DNA of 64,000 nucleotides from a virus: the IMG/VR virus record IMGVR_UViG_3300036770_001972, positions 1 through 64,000 of that record. The stretch is one strand, 5' to 3'. Numbering within the stretch: position 1 is the stretch's first letter; the number at the start of each line of letters is the position of its first letter. Positions 16,739 through 25,035 of this stretch are shown here, in pieces. A model generated the notes under the pieces. The model was not told the DNA's origin and did no database searches. It was given only the letters and a program-made list of their open reading frames with translations. Both the position numbers and the translations under genes were made by a program.

Positions 16739-17431
16739 ATGACCACGAAGACCCCAACCTCCACCGTCTCTGAACGCGACCGCCGCCTAGCCGAGGTCAA
16801 GAACGGGATCCCAAAGAAGGCGCGTCAGATTGCCGCCGACGAGTTGGGTGCCCTCTACAACGCCGCCAAGAGCGAGGCTGAAGCCCTCTACGCCGCGTCC
16901 CGCCCCGAGCCAAAGGTCGGTCAGGTGCGGATGATCGTCAGGGGCAAAGGCGAAGGCAAGAGCGGCAAGATCGTTTGGGTCGGCAAGACGAAGTGGGGCA
17001 ACCGAATTGCCGTTGCGACAAGCGACGAGCGTCTACCGAACGGACGCTACCGCGATGTTGTCTACGCCCGTCCTGCATGGACAAAGACGGTCGATGCCGC
17101 CCGTGATGCCCGTCTCGCGGAACTGAACAAGATCCTCAGCAACTGCGACCGCAAGGCGATGGGGTCGATCTATGACCGCGAACTGCTGCGCCTCTACCGC
17201 GAGGCTGCTGCCGCATGGAATGTCACCGAAGCCGTCCTGTTCAAGCGCACCATCGAAGTGATGGAGGAAGAGATCGCTAGGCTCAAGGAGTATGACTCCC
17301 GCCTGTGCGAGAATCATTGGGCATGCGATGGCCCTGCATACGGTCAGGTTGAGCGTCAGAGCGAAGGCATCAACCGAGAGATCAACGACCTGAGCGAGAT
17401 CGTCGCTCTCCTGAAGAGCAAGACCGCCTGA
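16739..17431 (+). CDS. hypothetical protein with KOW-like motif
   Basis: KVGQVRMIVRGKGEGKSGKIV. Confidence 0.75.
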   Translation: MTTKTPTSTVSERDRRLAEVKNGIPKKARQIAADELGALYNAAKSEAEALYAASRPEPKVGQVRMIVRGKGEGKSGKIVWVGKTKWGNRIAVATSDERLPNGRYRDVVYARPAWTKTVDAARDARLAELNKILSNCDRKAMGSIYDRELLRLYREAAAAWNVTEAVLFKRTIEVMEEEIARLKEYDSRLCENHWACDGPAYGQVERQSEGINREINDLSEIVALLKSKTA

Positions 17432-17514
17432 TGCTTCACGACTACCTAACAACTTCCGATGAACGCAAGAAGATCGTTCTGTTGACGATCCTCGCGTACA
17501 TTGCGCTGCTTTGA
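17431..17514 (+). CDS. 27-aa hydrophobic peptide (not in the ORF track)
   Basis: MLHDYLTTSDERKKIVLLTILAYIALL; TGATG coupling; fills the gap exactly. Confidence 0.5.
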   Translation: MLHDYLTTSDERKKIVLLTILAYIALL

Positions 17515-17520
17515 TTTCCG

Positions 17521-18039
17521 ATGTCAACACCGAAACTGCACATCCTTACAACCACACATGGCGATGCTGTACTCATAGCGATTTACAACCCCGAGCGGGT
17601 ATGCATTCGCGGAGCAGAACGCAGCATGGGTCGCGCATGGGCTGATGGAACCTACAACGCCCAACAGGCTAGGTCGCTGTGGGATGCCATCATTGGTGAT
17701 GGCGGTGCGATCATCGACACCACTCTCCTGAACGCACTTCTTCCACAGATTGTCAGCGAGACCACCAAGGTTTTGGACTCGCAGATCGAATGGCTGAAGA
17801 CTGCTCTTGATACGAAGAGCAAGGAAGTGGAGCATGAGAGGGCGCAGCACGACAAGTCAAGAGAGCGATACGCAAAGAACGAAGCGCAACTTCAACAGGA
17901 ACTGCATCATGCTGTTGAAGAGTTCTATAGAAACCAAGATCACATTCAGTTTCTGAAGGGTGAACTTGGCGACTATATGAAAATCGCCTGTAAACACGAA
18001 ACTGCCGATTACGGCGATGGTGGGTTTGTCGATGAATGA
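17521..18039 (+). CDS. ARxxW-family protein 9 with C-terminal coiled coil
   Basis: QARSLWDAIIGDG. Confidence 0.7.
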   Translation: MSTPKLHILTTTHGDAVLIAIYNPERVCIRGAERSMGRAWADGTYNAQQARSLWDAIIGDGGAIIDTTLLNALLPQIVSETTKVLDSQIEWLKTALDTKSKEVEHERAQHDKSRERYAKNEAQLQQELHHAVEEFYRNQDHIQFLKGELGDYMKIACKHETADYGDGGFVDE

Positions 18040-18337
18040 TTACACCGATACTGGCCCTTGGGTTCTTCGATGGGATCGTCACCCGACGAAGAGAGTCATG
18101 TTTGAAAAAGACTTCAGCGGCGGTAAGCCGTTTATCAAGATTTCAGGCACAGGCTTCCAAGGCTTGGACGATCCCCCTCCGCGTCTTGTCATTCCGCACA
18201 CATCCCTTGGTGATTGGTCTATCGACCTGAACAACGATGACAGTTGCTACCTGATCGGTATTGAATTTGCCCGTGAGATTTGGCAGCGTATGCTAGACAT
18301 GGGTTGGATTCAGATCGATTACACTTCCCCCATCTGA
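18032..18337 (+). CDS. ARxxW-family protein 10
   Basis: FAREIWQRMLDMGW. Confidence 0.75.
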   Translation: MNDYTDTGPWVLRWDRHPTKRVMFEKDFSGGKPFIKISGTGFQGLDDPPPRLVIPHTSLGDWSIDLNNDDSCYLIGIEFAREIWQRMLDMGWIQIDYTSPI

Positions 18338-18339
18338 TC

Positions 18340-18588
18340 ATGAGTCACTTCTACGCACAAATCGTTGAATCGTCCCGCAAGACTGTTCCTACCGCGAGGG
18401 GGCACAAGTCAACTGGCATTCAAACTCTTACACAGTCATACAACGGACAGATTCGTGTCCGCATGTGGCACGACCCCAAGACCAACGAGGACAAGTATGA
18501 GGTCATCCTTCAGCCGCATGGCTACAAGGAATCCGATGGCGGCATCGTCCTCGCAACAGGGGTTATTTCGGACGATAACGCCCCTTGA
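18340..18588 (+). CDS. hypothetical phage protein
   Basis: MSHFYA...TARGHKSTGI. Confidence 0.7.
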   Translation: MSHFYAQIVESSRKTVPTARGHKSTGIQTLTQSYNGQIRVRMWHDPKTNEDKYEVILQPHGYKESDGGIVLATGVISDDNAP

Positions 18589-18629
18589 TTATCGGACGCA
18601 GTAATTCCTCCCCGAACTGGAATAGTGGC

Positions 18630-18657
18630 TTGACTTTTCCTCGGAGTTTGGTATTCT
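18630..18657 (+). promoter_or_regulatory. sigma70-type promoter
   Basis: TTGACT-16-TATTCT. Confidence 0.6.
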
Positions 18658-18679
18658 TTAGATGTAGGAGGTAACCACC

Positions 18680-18889
18680 ATGACCAACGACCTTTACACC
18701 CTGACGAACGAGCGAGAAGGTACTCGCTACGAGTTCAAGCGGGGAACTGGTGATGTTTGGGGTGGCATGTACCTAGTCACCCGTGTTTGGCTTGCCGATA
18801 ACGAGCGAGAGTACATGGGTGCCTATGACAAGAGTGCCGCCCGTAAGTATTGGGACAGTCTCGTCGCCAGCGGCTTCGTGAAGGCTTGA
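18680..18889 (+). CDS. ARxxW-family protein 11 (minimal form)
   Basis: AARKYWDSLVASGF; aggagg SD. Confidence 0.8.
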   Translation: MTNDLYTLTNEREGTRYEFKRGTGDVWGGMYLVTRVWLADNEREYMGAYDKSAARKYWDSLVASGFVKA

Positions 18890-18914
18890 CAAGAGCCGAA
18901 CGATTCGATATGAT
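18886..18914 (+). promoter_or_regulatory. sigma70-type promoter
   Basis: TTGACA-17-TATGAT. Confidence 0.8.
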
Positions 18915-18938
18915 TCGGGTGTGAAAGGAACTCCCACC

Positions 18939-19328
18939 ATGACAACCACGACCGCCTCAGTCAACCTACTAACCGCCTCCACCAACCTCCCCGCTTCGTG
19001 GGGAGACAAGAGCCTAGCCCTGCTTCGGCTAGACCGTTGGCTGTGGTCGGCGCAGGATCTCGTCAACAAGAACTACGCGACCCACTTTTCGAACCTCACG
19101 CCGTCTCTGCTAGAGATGTCTGATGGTCGCCGCTACATCCGCATCGACAGCATCGCTGACGGTGGCAGGGGGCAGCGGTCGGTGTGGGCTTTCATCGACA
19201 AGAAGACGGGCGACATTCTGAGAGCGGCAGGATACAAGGCTCCTGCCAAGCATGCCCGTGGCAACCTGTTCGACGCTCAGGGCGGTCTCGGTGGCTTGAC
19301 CCCCTACGGCCCGAAGTACCTCAAGTAA
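18939..19328 (+). CDS. conserved phage protein
   Basis: GRRYIRI...SVWAFIDKKTGDILRAAGYKAPAKHARGN, a pattern familiar from large phages. Confidence 0.8.
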   Translation: MTTTTASVNLLTASTNLPASWGDKSLALLRLDRWLWSAQDLVNKNYATHFSNLTPSLLEMSDGRRYIRIDSIADGGRGQRSVWAFIDKKTGDILRAAGYKAPAKHARGNLFDAQGGLGGLTPYGPKYLK

Positions 19329-19343
19329 CCTCCCTCGGTGCGA

Positions 19344-19369
19344 CCCCCTCATGCGACGAGGGGGCTTTT
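19344..19369 (+). terminator. terminator-like hairpin
   Basis: ccccctc-7nt-gaggggg-ctttt. Confidence 0.55.
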
Positions 19370-19385
19370 CCATAGAAAGAAAACC

Positions 19386-19607
19386 ATGAACAACGACTAC
19401 ACCAAGAATCTCCTGCTTTTTGTTCTCGCTGCATCTGCGATTTCGTTCACGCTTGTATCCCTGCTGTCGGCGGGATACCTAGCCCTGTATCACTTTCTGC
19501 GCGATCACTTCGGTCTAGGCTTTTGGCAAGTGGTCTTTCTCTACGCAGGGTTCGTCACGGCACTCTCACTACTGAGCGTACTAGCCAAGTCAAGCAGTAG
19601 ATCCTGA
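19386..19607 (+). CDS. two-TM membrane protein
   Basis: two hydrophobic helices. Confidence 0.65.
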   Translation: MNNDYTKNLLLFVLAASAISFTLVSLLSAGYLALYHFLRDHFGLGFWQVVFLYAGFVTALSLLSVLAKSSSRS

Positions 19608-20549
19608 AGCGGGATCCTGATTCGTTGTAGAAGGGGCGCGGAGTGCTTTCCGTGCCTCTTCTAGTTTTTTGAATCCGTTCTGTTCCTTGATCTTAGCGAT
19701 GATCTCCTTGGTCAAGTCGGATTGAACCTGAGCGGCTACACCATTGACACCGAAGATGCGCTCTTGCTCGTCAGGGGTCATGGTCTCCTTGAGAATTTGA
19801 ATCATTTCCACGATCTCACGAACGGCTGTTCCGTTCCGCTTGGCATTGATGGTTGACCATGCAATCATTCCGATTGCCGTCAAGAATCCCAACACCAAAA
19901 GCACCGCACCGACAAGCGCGATCTCCTCCATGTAGTACTGAGATGCAGAAGCAAACCCAATCATGAGAAGTCCTATGAATGAAAGGGATGCTCCATATGT
20001 CTTGTTGAGGAAGAACGCGACTGCGGCTCCACCCGCGATCAACAGAAACCCGATGACCCAAAACATACTGATGTAGCCATATAACTTCTCCATGGCTTTC
20101 ACCTTGCTTTGGTCAAGCATGACCTGAAGGCTCGTCAACGACTTCTCCAATTGATTCACTTCAGCAGTCAGTTTATTCAACTTATCGGTCTCTCGCTGTA
20201 GATCGTCAGCGGCCTCAATAATGTTGGTTGCCTTGCTGTCAATCCGTGTCAGCGCATCCCCCGCCAAATCGACCGTAGAGGGCTTTGGGGCGGCAGAGGG
20301 GGCTGTGTCACGGTTCGGGGCTACGGACGGCTGTAGAGCCAATCCCTGCCTCACCGTGGCGGTCTCCGCGAGAATTGCTCCCGCGTCTCGCTTGATGTCT
20401 CCTATCGAATCCTGAGCATGGTCGATAACCGAGTTCAGCGCAGCGGATGATGCCCCCGTGGACGGGCTGACCCGATTGGGAACCGTATTGCAAGATGCGA
20501 TACTTGATGTGAGTAGTGCCCCAAGGATAAGGTTTGATATCGATCTCAT
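19590..20549 (-). CDS. lipoprotein with coiled coil and three TM helices (spanin-like)
   Basis: lipobox IAS-C after a hydrophobic signal; CTAAATA 5 nt upstream. Confidence 0.7.
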   Translation of the reverse strand: MRSISNLILGALLTSSIASCNTVPNRVSPSTGASSAALNSVIDHAQDSIGDIKRDAGAILAETATVRQGLALQPSVAPNRDTAPSAAPKPSTVDLAGDALTRIDSKATNIIEAADDLQRETDKLNKLTAEVNQLEKSLTSLQVMLDQSKVKAMEKLYGYISMFWVIGFLLIAGGAAVAFFLNKTYGASLSFIGLLMIGFASASQYYMEEIALVGAVLLVLGFLTAIGMIAWSTINAKRNGTAVREIVEMIQILKETMTPDEQERIFGVNGVAAQVQSDLTKEIIAKIKEQNGFKKLEEARKALRAPSTTNQDPASGSTA

Positions 20550-20554
20550 ACTGC

Positions 20555-20561
20555 TATTTAG
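20555..20561 (-). promoter_or_regulatory. T4-type late promoter
   Basis: CTAAATA. Confidence 0.6.
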
Positions 20562-21979
20562 GGACAGGCCCCCCAAGCAGAAAGTAGCATTCCAAGATCG
20601 CTCCCATCAACAAAACCGTCTCCATTGATATCGTTTTGATTTGTTCCCCACGAAGCCAAAAGAATTCCCAAGTCACTTCCATTCACCAAACGATCTCCTG
20701 TGAAGTCTGCGGGGCAAGACATGGGCTGTGCTGCACGAACTGCGGCATCTGCGTCTAGCATTCCCCATCCCGTGAGGGTGTCAAATCCCGCCGTACCAAT
20801 GTCCCTGCATGTTGACTGCATGATCGATTCCACCTGTGCTGCCGAAAGAGAAGGATTGACTGAAAGAATCAATGCCGCTACCCCTGCTGCATATGGCGAA
20901 GAGAACGATGTGCCGTCGATGATTGTGTAGTCTCCCGATCCATATCCATTCGATCCTGTTCGATCCGTTGTAAAGATATACTGACCCGCAGCGACGAATG
21001 CCAGTTTGCTGCCGTATGACGAGAACGATGCCTTCTGACCACTTCGATTCGATGCACCGACTGCTATCACTCCGTTTGATCGTGCAGGGAATCCAATGTT
21101 CGTGTTTCCTGAATTGCCCGAACTTGCGAAGTTGACCACTCCCGCATTTCGTGCAGCGACATATGCATTCGTCATGGCAGTCGATGCCGTGCCATAGTCA
21201 TTGCTGTTGTTCGTGACACGGACACCGTTTGCGATTCCCCAGTTGATTGCATTGACAGTCCACGATGTCTGTCCCTGCCACGATCCGCTGCATGGCGTAA
21301 CTGCTGTTCCCACCTTTGCGGATATGACCTTGCAGTCAGGCGCAACACCAACCGTGCCGATTGAGTTGTTGATGATCCCCGTGATACACCCTGCCACGGA
21401 AGTGCCATGATTGTCACATTCGTTGGTAGGGCCGCCACCCAAGATGCCATTTACGGCACCTGTGGTGAAGTCACGACCCGCTTGTTGGTTGATGTCGGGA
21501 TGATCCTGCTGTATGCCCGTTTCGAATACGAGGATGCGAATCGTGGGAGACCCCTTGGTGATCGACCATGCATTCGTGGTGTTCATGTCAAAGTTGATGA
21601 GTCCACCCGACTGCCCTATGTTGCGATGTCCCCAACATTGCGAAAAGCCCGCATCGTTTGGAATGACCTCATGCCGCGTGGCGGTGAACAGACGATCCTC
21701 CTCAACGAATTCGATATTGGGATTTGTCTTCAACGAAGCAATTGCACCGCGCATCGAATCGATGCTGTCCATGTTGACGAGTGTTAGATTCGGGATATGA
21801 GAGTAGTGTTCGGCACTTTCGATACCGTCGATCTCTGACAGTACGGAATCCTTATCTGCTCCATCCTTCCATTGGACGAAGAAGGTGTCGATGCTTTGCT
21901 GTGGTTGTGGCTGTGCCCGTCGAATGTCTCCACCACCGAGCATGATCAGGCTTGCGAGAATCGCTAGGATTGTTTTCAT
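20558..21979 (-). CDS. secreted S8 subtilisin-like protease with C-terminal dockerin
   Basis: signal peptide, prodomain, HGTSVAG, SSGN, GTSFSSP; CPADFTGDRLVNGSDLGILLASWG repeat. Confidence 0.92.
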   Translation of the reverse strand: MKTILAILASLIMLGGGDIRRAQPQPQQSIDTFFVQWKDGADKDSVLSEIDGIESAEHYSHIPNLTLVNMDSIDSMRGAIASLKTNPNIEFVEEDRLFTATRHEVIPNDAGFSQCWGHRNIGQSGGLINFDMNTTNAWSITKGSPTIRILVFETGIQQDHPDINQQAGRDFTTGAVNGILGGGPTNECDNHGTSVAGCITGIINNSIGTVGVAPDCKVISAKVGTAVTPCSGSWQGQTSWTVNAINWGIANGVRVTNNSNDYGTASTAMTNAYVAARNAGVVNFASSGNSGNTNIGFPARSNGVIAVGASNRSGQKASFSSYGSKLAFVAAGQYIFTTDRTGSNGYGSGDYTIIDGTSFSSPYAAGVAALILSVNPSLSAAQVESIMQSTCRDIGTAGFDTLTGWGMLDADAAVRAAQPMSCPADFTGDRLVNGSDLGILLASWGTNQNDINGDGFVDGSDLGMLLSAWGACP

Positions 21980-22046
21980 GATTACCTCCTGCACTAGTAC
22001 GAATGACATGCCGTGATGTGTTCACGGAAAACCAAATTGGCATTAC

Positions 22047-22053
22047 TATTTAT
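22047..22053 (-). promoter_or_regulatory. T4-type late promoter
   Basis: ATAAATA upstream of the S8 gene. Confidence 0.55.
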
Positions 22054-22079
22054 CCCGTTTAAACACATAAACACTCTTT

Positions 22080-22391
22080 ATGACCCACCAGTTCCCCAAC
22101 CAAAAGCGTGTATACATCAAGACGCACATTTACAAAGTCGGCGGGGAGATCTCGCCATTGATGCTCTTTCGCATCACTTCAAGGGACATCAATAAGTACG
22201 AGAAGGAGGGATGGAGCGAGGTCTTGATGTCGTTCAGGCAACGCGGCGAAACCATCTCCATCCAGTACACGGGGATTCCATCTAAAGGAGTAAATCATGC
22301 CACGCAGAACAGCGATAGTGAAACCAAAGAGACCAAAGAAGTCAACCCCTTCCTTGAAACCCTCCGACAGGCGTTCTCGTTCTTCCGTTAA
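22080..22391 (+). CDS. hypothetical protein (lone + strand gene)
   Basis: 103-aa ORF filling the gap. Confidence 0.5.
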   Translation: MTHQFPNQKRVYIKTHIYKVGGEISPLMLFRITSRDINKYEKEGWSEVLMSFRQRGETISIQYTGIPSKGVNHATQNSDSETKETKEVNPFLETLRQAFSFFR

Positions 22392-22430
22392 GAGTCCACG
22401 GAAATCCGCTGCCCCACGCAAGCCGCGTCC

Positions 22431-22979
22431 TTAAATCGGCACCGTCTGATAGGTATCGAATACGAAGTTCACCGTTGCTGTCATTGGTGACGGTTCGCTT
22501 TCGTTGTGTGTCAGAGTGAAGCCCGAGATCTTCGTGGGTATGAGATTGCTGAAGGTCATCATGAGAATGGGGTTCTTCTTGTTGTTGAGGAAGAACAGTT
22601 TCCCGTGATTCACATTGCCCTTGTATTCGGGCACGATCTCCTTGAAGTCGCGGTATGGAACTCCCGACCGCATCCACTTGACCATCTCCATGTAGTTGCG
22701 GAAGTTCTCATCGATGATGAATCGAATCGATATGTCAGAAGGTGCCCCACCACCAGGGAACTTGATGTCATTCGCAGCGAACAGGTGGTTGTACACGGCG
22801 GGTGTCGAAGATAGATTCGGTGTCTGAACAGCCGTGCAGAAGTATGTCACAGTAGGTACCTTCTCGCATATGAAGCGGAAGTTGGTGCTTGCTGCCAAGT
22901 TGGTATTCAGCGGATTGTTTCCGAGAGTACCGAAGTTGGTCAGTTCGGGGAGCCAGTTCTTTACTTCAGGTGATGCCAT
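22431..22979 (-). CDS. gp3-like tail completion protein, paralog B
   Basis: NFRF...VTYFCTAVQTP...IRFIIDENFRNYME...ATVNF. Confidence 0.75.
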   Translation of the reverse strand: MASPEVKNWLPELTNFGTLGNNPLNTNLAASTNFRFICEKVPTVTYFCTAVQTPNLSSTPAVYNHLFAANDIKFPGGGAPSDISIRFIIDENFRNYMEMVKWMRSGVPYRDFKEIVPEYKGNVNHGKLFFLNNKKNPILMMTFSNLIPTKISGFTLTHNESEPSPMTATVNFVFDTYQTVPI

Positions 22980-23524
22980 CACGGATCCTTGATGTCGTAT
23001 GAGGTGAACTGGAATGTTGCATCGCAAGTGATGATCGGTGCGTCAGCAACGGCAGAGTTAAACGGAATGTTGCTGAGTCCCGTGATCATGAGTCCGTCGA
23101 ACAGGATCCTCGCAACAGGATTCTTCTTATTGTTCAGCATCAACAACTGACCCGAATCGGTAATCAGGTTCAGCATTCTAGCCTGAGAGCCATCCTTGAA
23201 GAAGTCATAGTAGTTCAAAGACTTCTTGAACCATTCCGACATCTCAAACCAATTGCTGAAGTCTTCGTTCACTATGAACTTGACCGTCATGTCCCCGTGA
23301 TCGATCTTGTTGCCGAAGAACTTTAGTGAAGGAGCAAACGGCACAGGAACACGAATTGGATCCATCGATAGATCAGGGAACGAGACTTCGGTACAGAAGT
23401 ACACACCCTTGCGAACCTTGGGAATCATCAACCGAAAGTTGGTTGAGAAGGCAGGGTTCGTGTTGTCAGGCTGTCGATTCAGACTGCCATGGACGATATC
23501 GTCGGGTAACTTAGGAACAGTCAT
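22979..23524 (-). CDS. gp3-like tail completion protein, paralog A
   Basis: NFRL...VYFCTEVSFP...VKFIVNEDFSNWFE...ATFQFTSY; located after gp23. Confidence 0.75.
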   Translation of the reverse strand: MTVPKLPDDIVHGSLNRQPDNTNPAFSTNFRLMIPKVRKGVYFCTEVSFPDLSMDPIRVPVPFAPSLKFFGNKIDHGDMTVKFIVNEDFSNWFEMSEWFKKSLNYYDFFKDGSQARMLNLITDSGQLLMLNNKKNPVARILFDGLMITGLSNIPFNSAVADAPIITCDATFQFTSYDIKDP

Positions 23525-23530
23525 CGATAG

Positions 23531-23537
23531 TATTTAG
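23531..23537 (-). promoter_or_regulatory. T4-type late promoter
   Basis: CTAAATA 6 nt before ATG. Confidence 0.65.
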
Positions 23538-23576
23538 AAAGGAAAGGGGCTGTGAGGATTTCTCCCCACAGCCCCC
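23538..23576 (-). terminator. terminator after the major capsid gene
   Basis: ggggctgtgggg-loop-cctcacagcccc-tttccttt. Confidence 0.75.
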
Positions 23577-23617
23577 GCGAAATTCCCCTGCCGAAGCAGG
23601 ATTCTTGTCTCTACCTA

Positions 23618-24973
23618 TCAGAAGAGGTTTGTGACCTTGACGATGCGGTAGTAGATGTTCTTGCGCGTAGCATCGGCCGAGTACGGATCCGAGACCGAAG
23701 AACCGTTCTTGATCGTCGCAAACGGGTTGTTGACCAAGCCGTAGCGAGTCTTGAAGCCGATCTTGGGCTGGAAGGAGTTCTCACCGACTGCGCGTACCAT
23801 CTGTAGCGGAACATAGGGGCAGTAGAACATGCCTGCGTCATAAGCAGACGATCCCTTATAGCCTGCCATGAAGAAGTCATGAGAGGTTGTCATGGACGAA
23901 TAGGGATCGATGTAGACGCGCAACTTGCCGTTGAGGACACCCGCAAAGGTGTTGCCTGTGTCATCAACATTGAGGTTGGTGCTGAGGGCGGGGGCGTAGT
24001 CAAGAACGCCTGCCATGCTCAGAGCCGAGGCAACATCCGAGGAGCAGACAATGAAGTTGCCCTTTCCACGGCGGGTTTCCTTGGCGATCTGATTGCACTC
24101 ACGCTCAATCTGGAAGAGCAGACCCTTGAACTTCTCAACGCTCCAACGACCGTTGGAATCGACATTGAGGTCGAAGACACCCTGTGTCTGAGTCGTGCCG
24201 CTCTTGGCACCCAACTTGGCGTTGGCGTAGATCACGCGAACGACTTCGCGGTTGATCTCAGCGAGGATTTCGCTGGACAGGATGTTGGCGAGTTCGGTCT
24301 CAGCGTCGAGGCCGTGGATCGCCTTGAGATCCTGAGCGAGTTCCATCGTGTACTCAGCCTTAAGAGCGCGGGTCTTTGCTTCGACCGTTGTCTTCTCAAT
24401 GCTGAACGCCATCTGCGGGAATGGGTTCGAAGCGGAGTCACCGAGGGCTTCACCCTTATAGGTGCTGTAACCCTTGGTACCAACGACACCCGAGGGAGTG
24501 CCGAGACCGTTTACGGGATCAACGCCACCAACCTCAAAGGGATCGGTGTTGTAGACACCCGCAGCGGTTGTACCCGTGGAACCCGATCCACCGAAGGCGG
24601 TGTCGGCTTCCTGATACAGAGCCTCAGGGCCGTTCTGATCGATGTAGCGGGAGCGCATTGCGAAGATAAGCCCAGTTGGGCCGCTCATCGGCTGCACACC
24701 GCAGATGTCGTAAGCAATGAGGTTTGGCATTGCGCGACGAACGAGCGAGATGAGGATGGGATCCCAACGAGCAACATTGCCGCTGTTCTCCTGTCCAACA
24801 GACTGTGCGCCGCTGAAGTTCGTTGGCGCAGACTCGCGGAGGTACTGCTCTTGGTTCTCCAAGAGCATGGTTGTAACTGCCTTGCGGTAGTTGTCCTTGA
24901 TTGCGGGAAGATCCGCATGCTCAAGAATTGGTTGCCACTTCTTCTGAAGTGCTTCGGAAATGGTGAGTTCCAT
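23618..24973 (-). CDS. gp23: major capsid protein
   Basis: PILISLVRRAMPNLIAYDICGVQPMSGPTGLIFAMR, KAEYTMELAQDLKAIHGLDAE, FQPKIGFKTRYG. Confidence 0.98.
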   Translation of the reverse strand: MELTISEALQKKWQPILEHADLPAIKDNYRKAVTTMLLENQEQYLRESAPTNFSGAQSVGQENSGNVARWDPILISLVRRAMPNLIAYDICGVQPMSGPTGLIFAMRSRYIDQNGPEALYQEADTAFGGSGSTGTTAAGVYNTDPFEVGGVDPVNGLGTPSGVVGTKGYSTYKGEALGDSASNPFPQMAFSIEKTTVEAKTRALKAEYTMELAQDLKAIHGLDAETELANILSSEILAEINREVVRVIYANAKLGAKSGTTQTQGVFDLNVDSNGRWSVEKFKGLLFQIERECNQIAKETRRGKGNFIVCSSDVASALSMAGVLDYAPALSTNLNVDDTGNTFAGVLNGKLRVYIDPYSSMTTSHDFFMAGYKGSSAYDAGMFYCPYVPLQMVRAVGENSFQPKIGFKTRYGLVNNPFATIKNGSSVSDPYSADATRKNIYYRIVKVTNLF

Positions 24974-25016
24974 TTAAGTTTCTCCTTGGTAGTAACTGGT
25001 TAAAGACTAACTTTGA

Positions 25017-25023
25017 TATTTAG
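25017..25023 (-). promoter_or_regulatory. T4-type late promoter (gp23)
   Basis: CTAAATA. Confidence 0.7.
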
Positions 25024-25035
25024 CGTAAGTGCTAT

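Noticed and set aside
23879-25003. 374-aa + strand ORF
   Set aside because: Antisense shadow of gp23, explained by codon bias; no motifs.
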